From positions 21,966 to 85,965 of the IMG/VR virus record IMGVR_UViG_3300044640_000597: a stretch of DNA of 64,000 nt. One strand, written 5' to 3'. The stretch is from a virus. This document shows, in pieces, positions 51,259 to 59,949 of the stretch; positions within the stretch are counted from its first letter, which is position 1, and each line of letters opens with the position of its first letter. The position numbers and the translations under genes are program-made. The notes beneath the pieces were generated by a model, which was not told where the DNA came from, did no database searches, and saw only the letters and a list, made by a program, of their open reading frames with translations.

Positions 51259-51502
51259 TGGATTGTTTGTTAATTATCGTATCTGACATAATATCTAACG
51301 AATCTATCTTAAGGTATAGAGAATCAATTTTAATTGAGTTCTCCATTACCTCTTTCATTAGACTATCATTTATCTGCTCTAGTCTATCTTGCAGTGGGTC
51401 ACTATTCTCCATTCTGCAAGTCTTAATTGTAATAGCTATCCCTATAAGCAACAGTATAGCTGATATTACTTGGATTATTTTAACTGCTACGCTTTTTTCC
51501 AT
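51101..51502 (-). CDS. Spanin-like membrane-anchored coiled-coil protein
   Basis: N-terminal TM segment with Cys, then coiled coil with DS repeats; directly after the endolysin. Confidence 0.5.
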   Translation of the reverse strand: MEKSVAVKIIQVISAILLLIGIAITIKTCRMENSDPLQDRLEQINDSLMKEVMENSIKIDSLYLKIDSLDIMSDTIINKQSIVNEYYNQEVYNILNADARGANRKLAEVLKVSDSLLKAGFFSRTINIPNELN

Positions 51503-52056
51503 CTTGTTATGTGTAAGTTTCTTGATAATGGACGTACCTTTCTAAATACTCCATCTCCTGTTCTTGAATCTCTAGTCCCTCTTTCGTTAGTATTTCCTTC
51601 TATGGTTCTAACTGAGTGCTTCCCTATAAGCTCTACTACGCCTGTGTGCCCGATACCTTTGTATCTAGTTCTATCATAACCATAGCTTAAGGTCATGATT
51701 AACACGTCCCCTGGGGAGTAACTCTTTTGGAATTTACCACTGTCGTAGATTACATCTTTCCTGTTGTATGCAGTAGGTGCCCACCCAGTTATAGTATTTG
51801 GGATATCGCATTCATCTAGTACCCCCATGACAAAGAAGGAACACCAAGCATAGCCTGGTTTCCAACCTTGCTTCTCCATTAGCTTACGAAAGTACTTATC
51901 AGTAAAGCCTTTGTTGTTGCCTCCTTTCTCGCTTATCCCTATGAAAGATTCTGCAGTAACTTTTACGCAGTAGCCGTCATTACTAACCAAAGGATTAGTA
52001 GGAAAGAGAAGAGCAATCCAAAGTAAACCCACAAGTATAATTTTATTCTTTGCCAT
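51487..52056 (-). CDS. CHAP-domain endolysin with N-terminal signal/anchor
   Basis: AWCSFFV, PGDV, GHTGVV, TIEGNT; hydrophobic N-terminus. Confidence 0.85.
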   Translation of the reverse strand: MAKNKIILVGLLWIALLFPTNPLVSNDGYCVKVTAESFIGISEKGGNNKGFTDKYFRKLMEKQGWKPGYAWCSFFVMGVLDECDIPNTITGWAPTAYNRKDVIYDSGKFQKSYSPGDVLIMTLSYGYDRTRYKGIGHTGVVELIGKHSVRTIEGNTNERGTRDSRTGDGVFRKVRPLSRNLHITRWKKA

Positions 52057-52343
52057 GCGGTTAGTTTGTTTCTAGTTTCTACCTTAATTTCTCTAGAGTA
52101 AAAGTATTTTTGCAATCCTCTAAAGTTAAAGTACCCCCCAAGGAATGCTACAAAGTTAGCAAACACAAGGATTAATCCTGCTAAGAGGACCTGTTGTAAG
52201 TACTCCATAGAGATTAGTGGGTCCCCAAAGTAAGTAGAGCTTACATACCCGAAGTAAGTAAACGCTACAAACGCAAGTGGTACAGACCACAGCCCGTCAA
52301 AGAGCTGTAGTCTATACTTGATTGATTTTAATATTGTTCTCAT
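51963..52343 (-). CDS. Holin-like protein (3 TM)
   Basis: Three hydrophobic segments; adjacent to the endolysin. Confidence 0.6.
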   Translation of the reverse strand: MRTILKSIKYRLQLFDGLWSVPLAFVAFTYFGYVSSTYFGDPLISMEYLQQVLLAGLILVFANFVAFLGGYFNFRGLQKYFYSREIKVETRNKLTAWQRIKLYLWVYFGLLFSFLLILWLVMTATA

Positions 52344-53446
52344 CCAAAGAATTCTTTAGTCATTGTATCTAGGTCGATAGTAGTTCCGTTTGTCTCATTC
52401 TTTCCCTGCGCAGGAAGGAATTCGTAGTCAAATATCAGTCTGCTATTTGGAGGGTAAGTCAATGTGTTAGTAGTAGCATTGTAAGATACTGTATCACCCT
52501 TTTGCAAATTTAAAGTCGTATCTTGAGTTGAAGACATTGTTCTATTCCAAGCAGTTCCGTATACGTTGTCTCCAGGGGTTGTAAACTCATCATTATACAA
52601 CTTATATCTACAAACAAAGTCAGGTAGATTCTTAAAGTAAGAGCTAATTAGTGTAGTGTAAGGTATATCCTTAGACAAGATGCCATTAATGTACGCTTCC
52701 CCTTTAATTGTATCCGCATCTACTATTACAATATCACTTGCAATGTTTAGGCAGTGAGTATCATGACTCTTAAATTCTACTTTCCAAGTAGTACCATATG
52801 CTTCTGCCAGTTGACGGTCCGTGAATCCAGTCTTTCTCTTAAGCTCAGCAATTGTGTACTTAGGGTAAGACTTAGTGAATCTAGTTGGGTTAGGGGTAGA
52901 GCTAGTTTTAAGGTAAGTTCTACGTACAACTGATCTCCACATAATGTTTTCATCGTGTGGGAAGTGTACGCCAAACGATACGTTATTACCTTGCTCGTAG
53001 TAGAAGTTGTAATCATACCCAGTTGCTGTTGGAACAATGTTAATTTCAGCCCATCCAACCCAACTCTTCTGTCCTGAACCAGGAGGAAGATTTAACAGTT
53101 GTCCGTTAGCATCTAAAACAGTATCAATAGTAAACTCCTTGTAAGGCTTGTACAATACAAATGTATTATTGTCCATACTTACGATGTCCATATCAGTTGA
53201 GTGTAAGTGCCCAGCTACAAGATTCAATGGATACATACCAAACAAAGATTCAGTAGAGTCAACTTGGTAGGTGAAAGTAGTAGTAGGTTCAAACTTTCCA
53301 GTTGTAGGATTCTTGACCATCTTAGTGAAATCCATGAAGCAGTTCTCAATTAGAGACTTTGTAACTCTCTTATTGATCTGTCCGTTAATCGCCCCAAACT
53401 CTGTTGGGAGGTTAAGCAATCGAAGTGTTTTCTCTAAATTTTGCAT
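52340..53446 (-). CDS. Hypothetical protein
   Basis: Likely start MQNLEK at 53446, with TATATTTG box upstream at 53463-53470. Confidence 0.65.
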   Translation of the reverse strand: MQNLEKTLRLLNLPTEFGAINGQINKRVTKSLIENCFMDFTKMVKNPTTGKFEPTTTFTYQVDSTESLFGMYPLNLVAGHLHSTDMDIVSMDNNTFVLYKPYKEFTIDTVLDANGQLLNLPPGSGQKSWVGWAEINIVPTATGYDYNFYYEQGNNVSFGVHFPHDENIMWRSVVRRTYLKTSSTPNPTRFTKSYPKYTIAELKRKTGFTDRQLAEAYGTTWKVEFKSHDTHCLNIASDIVIVDADTIKGEAYINGILSKDIPYTTLISSYFKNLPDFVCRYKLYNDEFTTPGDNVYGTAWNRTMSSTQDTTLNLQKGDTVSYNATTNTLTYPPNSRLIFDYEFLPAQGKNETNGTTIDLDTMTKEFFG

Positions 53447-53472
53447 AGCTGTATTATTTGTACAAATATAAT

Positions 53473-54102
53473 CTAAGAAAATGATATTGAACTTACTGTA
53501 GGTGGTTGTGTAACCATTACATACCAATTTGATGAGGTAGTTACAGTTCCTTTATAAGTCCATATGGTGCAGGCAGCAGAGCTATCTATATCTGTAACAT
53601 TAAGATAATCAACATATTGGTATGTTAATCCATTATTCAAAAGGTTAAAAATTCTTGGTGTACCAGGAGAAGATGATACTAAATTTATAAAACCAGCAGG
53701 AGTTCCTAGCGCAACAAAAGTAGAACTAAGGGTAAGCGTGTCAGCCAACTGTATTGTAGTGTTTATAGTAGAAAATCTTAGACCACACCCTATAGTTGCT
53801 CCTGCTGATGTTATTATAGAATTTGTACTTATGGTTATTTCAGCCGCCCCGCTTATATTGTTAGAAGAAGATAAGGTTACGTTGCCCCCAACCGTAAGCC
53901 TAGCGTTGACAATTAAGTTTCCTGTGTATCCTGTAGTAACTAATGAAAGAAGAGTATTTGTAACAGCTGCTACAGTACACTGCCCGTTATTGGTTCCTGT
54001 AAATACTACATCATCTCCAGCTGCTGGAACACCTGCTGGAGACCAACTTCCTGCCGTTGCCCAAGTAGATGCTGTATTTGATATCCAGGTTTTAGTAGGC
54101 AT
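53473..54102 (-). CDS. Beta-helix/adhesin-like tail protein (short paralogue)
   Basis: W.TAGSW...VP...DDVVF start; Thr/Gly/Ser-rich. Confidence 0.55.
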   Translation of the reverse strand: MPTKTWISNTASTWATAGSWSPAGVPAAGDDVVFTGTNNGQCTVAAVTNTLLSLVTTGYTGNLIVNARLTVGGNVTLSSSNNISGAAEITISTNSIITSAGATIGCGLRFSTINTTIQLADTLTLSSTFVALGTPAGFINLVSSSPGTPRIFNLLNNGLTYQYVDYLNVTDIDSSAACTIWTYKGTVTTSSNWYVMVTQPPTVSSISFS

Positions 54103-55916
54103 TAGTTAGATACAAATGTAGAATGTCTAGTTCTAGGGTAATCCCATAATTTCCAGTTTTGTGTGAATGTAGATATAGATCCTCCTCTTGTGTAAATTGT
54201 CTGCCCATTGGAACTATTAACATCAGTTCCACCACCAGACCCTGCACTAATGTAGTACATGTCTTGATATGCACCTGGAAGAAGAGTAAATATAGTGCTT
54301 CCAGTAAAAGCAGGATCTGTTGCTACCGCTAATCCATTACCAGATACATTTGCCCAAGACAACATTATTAAACTCATTCTTACTTTATACTCTTTTGACG
54401 GAAGCAATCTAAGAACAGATCCAGTAGATGATGGTTGAAGAGAGCATGATAAACTATCACAGTCCCATCCTATAGTTCCTTTGTGAGTAAAGGTATAGTT
54501 TATGGTTGCTCCCGTTAAGGTAAAAGTTATTATCCTAAATGGTACTGTATCATAAAAATATAGTAGTGTCCCAAAAGTAGTGCCAGGGGCACTTGTATTG
54601 TGTTCAATTGCAGGTATTGTAATTCCCGCAGAGGCCAGACCGTAAAATGCGGCAGACTGACCTGCTAATATACTTGCCCCAGGACTGAAGGTTACTGTTC
54701 CAGCAGTGTATGTTAATGAACCAGCATCTCTAAATCCAATAATAGTTGAAATTGTTACTGAACCAGTTGTATTTATTTGAACCTGCCAAGCTATTCCCCA
54801 AGGAATAAAAGCTGTGCTAGCGTTTACTTCTGAATAAGTTACGGAAGTTCCCTGCAACACAAGAACTGTACTAGTTCCCGCCCTCATTCCAGCAGTATGG
54901 GTAAAGTTACCATTTAAATATATTGTACCCCCTGATGTGTAAAGTGGACCTTTAGTAGCAACTGTAGGTGCTGTGGATAAATTTCCAACAACACAGATGT
55001 TACCTACTATATTTATAGTCTGTGCGCCAGATATACCAGCTGTTCTAATTTCTAAGTTGTTAAAGTTTACTCCTGTCGGATTAGTTGTTGTAGCTGAGGT
55101 AGAACTACTTCCGTTTAAGTTTACGGTATATGCTGGTGCAGTTTGAATATTTGTATATAAGTAAAAAGTTCCAGTACATACAACTGTTCCTGCAACATAT
55201 GAAAATGTAGACCCCGAAACTGCACCAAGCCCACCATATCCAGAATTACCCGCAAGGGTAACGGTTTGACCTGGGGCGTCTATTATTAGGTTTAACCCGA
55301 AGCCTCCATTGTTAACGATATTAGACCAAGAGTAAGTTCCAGTACCAGTCATCCTTATAGTTGATATAGATCCAGCTGTAGCAACTATTCTAGCAGCTCC
55401 TCCAGATATCTGTATAGTGACACTTGCTCCAGCATTTATTGTAAACGCGCCAGAAAATGTAACAATAGGAGTTCCACCTGGGGCAATAAATAAGTTTCCA
55501 CTTATTGTCCAGTTATCAAGCAAAGTGACGGAGGGGTTTGTAAATACTGCAACATTGGCTATACCAAAAGCATTTGGCCATACTCTTCCATTACTTCTAA
55601 GGGCCGTGTTACCATTTGCTCTTGTGGATATGGCACCAGTCCCAGTAATTCCCATAGTGGGAGAAAGAGTAACAGTATGACCAGGAAAAGCAGCACTTAT
55701 AGAACCTACTATTATAGTATTAGTCATGGTTATAGTGTTAGTATAACCAGTGAAGTTTAAGTTCCTACAAACACCAGGCACATTTAAAGTACAGTTGGGA
55801 GAAGATGCATTAAATATAGCGTCTGACCCTGCACCTGTAGCAGAGGGTAGTACCCCAGTATCCCAGTTACCAGCAGTACCCCAGTTACTATTTACAGCTC
55901 CTGTAAAAATTGGCAT
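54102..55916 (-). CDS. Beta-helix/adhesin-like tail protein (long paralogue)
   Basis: W.TAGNW...LP...DAIF start; G/T/S-rich beta repeats. Confidence 0.6.
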   Translation of the reverse strand: MPIFTGAVNSNWGTAGNWDTGVLPSATGAGSDAIFNASSPNCTLNVPGVCRNLNFTGYTNTITMTNTIIVGSISAAFPGHTVTLSPTMGITGTGAISTRANGNTALRSNGRVWPNAFGIANVAVFTNPSVTLLDNWTISGNLFIAPGGTPIVTFSGAFTINAGASVTIQISGGAARIVATAGSISTIRMTGTGTYSWSNIVNNGGFGLNLIIDAPGQTVTLAGNSGYGGLGAVSGSTFSYVAGTVVCTGTFYLYTNIQTAPAYTVNLNGSSSTSATTTNPTGVNFNNLEIRTAGISGAQTINIVGNICVVGNLSTAPTVATKGPLYTSGGTIYLNGNFTHTAGMRAGTSTVLVLQGTSVTYSEVNASTAFIPWGIAWQVQINTTGSVTISTIIGFRDAGSLTYTAGTVTFSPGASILAGQSAAFYGLASAGITIPAIEHNTSAPGTTFGTLLYFYDTVPFRIITFTLTGATINYTFTHKGTIGWDCDSLSCSLQPSSTGSVLRLLPSKEYKVRMSLIMLSWANVSGNGLAVATDPAFTGSTIFTLLPGAYQDMYYISAGSGGGTDVNSSNGQTIYTRGGSISTFTQNWKLWDYPRTRHSTFVSN

Positions 55917-55917
55917 A

Positions 55918-56154
55918 CTACAACTGATTTAGTACCTGTTCAGTTACCTGACGGGCTAAGATTTTATCTTTCTCTGTAACTATTCTGTTTTCTATATTAC
56001 CTTCTACCTCCTCCACACTTTGTGGTAGGAAGTGATAAATTGCAACATCAACTAGATCCGTGATGTCACCAGCAAATTGAATAGACACGTCTGTTACAAG
56101 AGCATCTCCTTCTAGATACTTATTATTAATTGTGTAGGTATGAGTTATTGCCAT
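55918..56154 (-). CDS. Small acidic protein (possible fibre chaperone)
   Basis: Likely start MAITHT at 56154, between fibre genes. Confidence 0.5.
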   Translation of the reverse strand: MAITHTYTINNKYLEGDALVTDVSIQFAGDITDLVDVAIYHFLPQSVEEVEGNIENRIVTEKDKILARQVTEQVLNQL

Positions 56155-56159
56155 TGTTA

Positions 56160-57920
56160 TTAGATTTTGGTTACAAATATCTGAAGGATAACCCAAGATA
56201 CAGTAGTAGCTGAGTTTACGTTAAAACCTATAATATCATTAGCTGCTACAGATGTTGTCCATCCAGTTAAAGTACTAGATGTAGCTGTTTGTTGAGATGA
56301 TAAAGTAGGTTTAGCTGAAGCAGTAATTACATTAGCAACTGTTGGGATTGTTGGTGCCGCTGTTTTCCATATATCCACAACTATAGATCCTGCTGCATTA
56401 GCTATCAATCTCCATCCCGTAATTGTGCAAGCATATGGGATCTGAACGTACCCCTTCTGACCAACTGTAATTGTTCCCCCTGATCCATCTATTGTAGTAC
56501 CTATAGTAGATGGACCTGAAAGATTGGGGATACTTTTTGTCTTCCATTGTGTTGCACTTAAATCATAATACAGGGTGTCATTATTAGCAGGAGACTGTGC
56601 CTGAACATTGTGAAGCTCATCTAGCTCAAATCCATTCTGTGGCTTGACATAGATTTGCCCGTTACCTGCATTTGCCCTTTCTACTATACCTATGTATACA
56701 AGGTGGTTAGGGGCATGAGGTTTAGTAGCTGTCAATGTTCCCGCAGTGGCACCCAAATACAACTGATCTCCAGGAGAGTATGCTGCAGTATTTACCCCAG
56801 ATATAACCCCCTGAGTAATTACAAATCCTCTTTGGTTAGGAGCAATAGATGTGGAGAATACAACTCCAACAGTCTGAGCTGATGTAGTATCTGATGTATT
56901 GAAAGCAAGTTTAACACTCATCCTGTTACCAGCTGCACCAAATGCATATACAGGCTGACCTTTAGTTATAGTAACTGAATCATCATTAGTTACATAAGTA
57001 AAGAGTTGGTTAGGGGCTACTCCAATAGTTTGGAAGTTAGTACCATCGTAGATGATAATCAAATCTTGCCCTGATACAATATCTCCCCCAGTAAGCTGAA
57101 CATCAAACTCTTTAACTAATGTTTTAACTCCTAAGCTATTAATGTTGATATCAGAGTCATCATCATTACCGTTAGTAAAGCTTATTATGTAAGCATCCCC
57201 AGCTGTGTAACCTGTTACTCCTGAGATAGTTACAGTGTAGTTGTTTGTCCCTGAAGCTATTCCATATGACAATCCCCCTCCCCCCGTAGGAGCGGTGTCC
57301 CACTTCAATCCAGTAGGGGTTGTACTATCGGCATAAAGGATTTGCCCGTTTGTCCCAACAGGTAATCGTGCGTTAACTGAAGTAAATGTGTATAAGTCCC
57401 CTTTAGTTGTCAATGGGGATGCCCCCGTTACTGTCCAAGATCTATTTGCCGATAGATCAAAAGTTACCCCATTGATTGTTAGGGTTCTAGTAGGTGGGAC
57501 CTTATTATTAAATGTAGTCCAATCTATAGCTGTAAGATACCCGTTTACAGATCCCGTTGCTGCAGGTATAGCAATAGTTCTATCTGCAGATAAATCCCCA
57601 CCTCCTGTTAATGGGGCTGTAGTAAATATATTTCTAGTTGTTGGGACTCCCCCACTTCCTCCACCTGTAGCCGATATTGTTAGTATCCCATCTAAACTAG
57701 TAATAGTCACCCCGCTACCAGCTACAATAAGGTCAGTCAGATACTTGAATCTAAATACATCCTGTCTGTACTTGTTAGTCCCCGAGATAAGAATTTGGTT
57801 ATCCCGAATGTTATCAAGTCTTTTATTAAACAGCGCATTAGTAGTATCTACATCTATCAGCTGTTTAAGGCTAATACCTACCTTTTTTATTTGGTTCTGT
57901 TTGTAGTACTGCGGCTCCAT
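56160..57920 (-). CDS. Tail fibre protein
   Basis: Mosaic fibre modules: LTGGGDLSADRT, RTLTING.TFDLSANRSW, SPLTTKGDLY, ITKGQPVY, GSIVVDIWK. Confidence 0.75.
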   Translation of the reverse strand: MEPQYYKQNQIKKVGISLKQLIDVDTTNALFNKRLDNIRDNQILISGTNKYRQDVFRFKYLTDLIVAGSGVTITSLDGILTISATGGGSGGVPTTRNIFTTAPLTGGGDLSADRTIAIPAATGSVNGYLTAIDWTTFNNKVPPTRTLTINGVTFDLSANRSWTVTGASPLTTKGDLYTFTSVNARLPVGTNGQILYADSTTPTGLKWDTAPTGGGGLSYGIASGTNNYTVTISGVTGYTAGDAYIISFTNGNDDDSDININSLGVKTLVKEFDVQLTGGDIVSGQDLIIIYDGTNFQTIGVAPNQLFTYVTNDDSVTITKGQPVYAFGAAGNRMSVKLAFNTSDTTSAQTVGVVFSTSIAPNQRGFVITQGVISGVNTAAYSPGDQLYLGATAGTLTATKPHAPNHLVYIGIVERANAGNGQIYVKPQNGFELDELHNVQAQSPANNDTLYYDLSATQWKTKSIPNLSGPSTIGTTIDGSGGTITVGQKGYVQIPYACTITGWRLIANAAGSIVVDIWKTAAPTIPTVANVITASAKPTLSSQQTATSSTLTGWTTSVAANDIIGFNVNSATTVSWVILQIFVTKI

Positions 57921-58150
57921 TAATTTTTCTTAACTTGGGCTTGTATTCTAAAGTGAGTCTTTTCTTGTTCTGCAGCTAAGATAGCCATGATTCCCCTGAG
58001 TTCCTCATAACTAAACTGACATACAAACTTGTCCTCGTCATCTAGAAACTGCACAACCATCTCATCTATATAGACAACAAGTTGAGTAGTGTTCTCATCC
58101 CCTGTAGTAAACGGGGGTTGGTAAATCCCTGCTTTGATGGTAGTTGGCAT
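57920..58150 (-). CDS. Hypothetical protein
   Basis: 76-aa ORF coupled to the fibre gene. Confidence 0.6.
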   Translation of the reverse strand: MPTTIKAGIYQPPFTTGDENTTQLVVYIDEMVVQFLDDEDKFVCQFSYEELRGIMAILAAEQEKTHFRIQAQVKKN

Positions 58151-58199
58151 ATGAGAAAATTTTCTTTAAAGGTACGGATAATTTCCCAATTGGGCACAC

Positions 58200-58448
58200 C
58201 TATCCCCTTAGAGATTTTTTTGTTTAAAATTGAGTTTCAGTTCTGCCGTCTTTAGCCTTCGGTGGGACATTCCATTCTTCCCTATAGTCGTAATCCACCC
58301 CAGAACCTTATATCAATTCCATTTCAGCAACTATCGGGGACAACTTTCATACTCTATGTAATTGAAAGTGAGTATGATAGAACCCAACGTCTGACCCCTT
58401 ACTTACCTTCTGGCCCTCAGGGGTGATCATCTTAATAGATGGTTGCTA
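58200..58448 (-). ncRNA. Candidate structured ncRNA (~250 nt)
   Basis: ORF-free, multiple nested helices, and TACATTTG promoter box immediately upstream at 58453-58460. Confidence 0.5.
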
Positions 58449-58465
58449 TTTGCAAATGTATACAA

Positions 58466-58600
58466 TTATCCTTGCCCCTTGCTAACTTTCTTGTAAAGTT
58501 TTGAACTTTTAAGTTTAGAGTGCTTTTTCTTAGAATGAACCCCTGGACGTTTCTTTCTAGGGTTTGGGGACCAGGAGTTTACGGAGTTTATTTTTGCCAT
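58466..58600 (-). CDS. 44-aa highly basic protein (not in ORF track)
   Basis: MAKINSVNSWSPNPRKKRPGVHSKKKHSKLKSSKLYKKVSKGQG; A-rich leader and TAAATTTG box at 58618-58625. Confidence 0.65.
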   Translation of the reverse strand: MAKINSVNSWSPNPRKKRPGVHSKKKHSKLKSSKLYKKVSKGQG

Positions 58601-58685
58601 TTTTGTTTATTTTGTAACAAATTTACTATGAAAAATGTTACGAACTTTTACTATCTTCGTGCCTTACAATTTAAATCCAAATATC

Positions 58686-59006
58686 ATGTTCCCAATTTCA
58701 TCAACCAACGAAGAGAAAGTACTCGTATCCATCAACCCAACAACTGCTGCTGGTAACCCTGCAACTGTTGACGGAGTTCCTGTTTGGACAGTAGTATCTG
58801 GTGATTGCACTGTAGAACCATCTGCTGACGGTCTATCTTGCTACATCATTTCAGGTCAACCTAATGTAGCTAACTTGATTGAAGTTTCAGCTGATGCTGA
58901 TCTTGATGCTGAGGAAGTTCGTACTATTACTGAGACTATCGTTTACACAGTAGTAGCTGCTGAAGCTCAAGCTCTCGGAATTGTATCTGCTGTTGAACCT
59001 AAGTAA
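58686..59006 (+). CDS. Ig-like beta protein (possible virion decoration)
   Basis: Start MFPISS at 58686; V/T-rich beta pattern (GNPA.VDG.P.W.V); strongly biased codons. Confidence 0.55.
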   Translation: MFPISSTNEEKVLVSINPTTAAGNPATVDGVPVWTVVSGDCTVEPSADGLSCYIISGQPNVANLIEVSADADLDAEEVRTITETIVYTVVAAEAQALGIVSAVEPK

Positions 59007-59018
59007 TCTTAATCTAAG

Positions 59019-59324
59019 ATGAAACTTAACGTATACTTCGACAATGCTTCTGTTTTTAACTTTGAGAAACTCGACGTTATCGTTGGGGAGAAGTTTAAAG
59101 TAGAGGCTACCGAAGCTCCTGAAAATGTTGCATGGTTCTTCGATAACGATCCAGTTGTACAAGCTGAGGCCATGGGGAACCAAGCAATTATCACAGCAGC
59201 TCAAGAGGGGATGACTAACGTACTATTTGTAGTTAACAATAGTCAAGTTATTCACAAGTTTACTATTAACGTAGTAAATCCCGTAAATTTGAACCCTGTA
59301 GTTCTAAACGTAGAGCTAAAATAA
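59019..59324 (+). CDS. Ig-like (Big_2-like) small protein
   Basis: V.WF.DN..V.......A.ITA...G.T.V pattern. Confidence 0.55.
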   Translation: MKLNVYFDNASVFNFEKLDVIVGEKFKVEATEAPENVAWFFDNDPVVQAEAMGNQAIITAAQEGMTNVLFVVNNSQVIHKFTINVVNPVNLNPVVLNVELK

Positions 59325-59346
59325 ACCCCGTCTTAACCTAAGAACT

Positions 59347-59374
59347 AGCCTCCTTATTGGGGGCTTTTTCTTTT
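59347..59374 (+). terminator. Intrinsic terminator
   Basis: AGCCTCC-TTATT-GGGGGCT followed by TTTTCTTTT. Confidence 0.75.
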
Positions 59375-59432
59375 ATACCCTATGAGGTATAATTTTAATG
59401 ACAACTCATGTATTATACCTTATTGGGTGTAA
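59373..59432. repeat. Two 20-nt imperfect palindromes, 40 bp apart
   Basis: TTATACC-CTATGA-GGTATAA (59373-59392) and TTATACC-TTATTG-GGTGTAA (59413-59432). Confidence 0.7.
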
Positions 59433-59601
59433 TTGGGTGTGTTATCGGTCAAGTTAACTGCGTAAAAACTTGACATAAAATTTTTTTTAGGGAAATTTTC
59501 TGAGAGTGTTGTCCTACGTATTCAAAGACCCCCGCTAAGTTTTGGAGGATAAGTATATCCCCCATAATAATTTATTCGTAAACTTCATAAATCTAAACAC
59601 A

Positions 59602-59901
59602 ATGGCTAACACCACAATGTTCACACCTAGCACAGCAAAGCTTTGTGCTCGTAAGAAAGACAACGTAGTTTTCTCTCTTTACTTATCTAATAGTGTAAAG
59701 GCTAGCGCCAATTACAATATTAAGAAAGTAAAAGGTAAATTGCACTTCGAAATCGAAGCTCAGAACACATCTAAAGAAGATGACAAAGTTCTGATGACTG
59801 CATTCGTCTATAAAGACGATGCCAAGTGGAATGAGATTCTCACTTGGTGTGTGCAGGAAGGTCTTCTCGGAGAAGACGAAGCACAAGCTGAGATGAACTA
59901 A
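59602..59901 (+). CDS. First early-region hypothetical protein
   Basis: Start MANTT at 59602 with A-rich leader; followed by a terminator. Confidence 0.65.
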   Translation: MANTTMFTPSTAKLCARKKDNVVFSLYLSNSVKASANYNIKKVKGKLHFEIEAQNTSKEDDKVLMTAFVYKDDAKWNEILTWCVQEGLLGEDEAQAEMN

Positions 59902-59915
59902 GAAGCTTGAAAATT

Positions 59916-59939
59916 GGGGGACATTCGTCCCCCTTTTTT
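59916..59939 (+). terminator. Intrinsic terminator
   Basis: GGGGGAC-ATTC-GTCCCCC-TTTTTT. Confidence 0.8.
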
Positions 59940-59949
59940 GGTTTATTTT

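Noticed and set aside
24-57906. Many plus-strand ORFs in the track
   Set aside because: They are antisense shadows of long minus-strand genes, with Ser/Leu/Phe-rich composition and no motifs.
33496-57920. Diversity-generating retroelement or invertible tail-fibre cassette
   Set aside because: No reverse transcriptase or recombinase, and no near-identical TR/VR pair or flanking inverted repeats were noticed.
58278-58301. tmRNA 5' end (GGGGTGGATTACGAC on minus)
   Set aside because: No acceptor stem partner, T arm or tag ORF.
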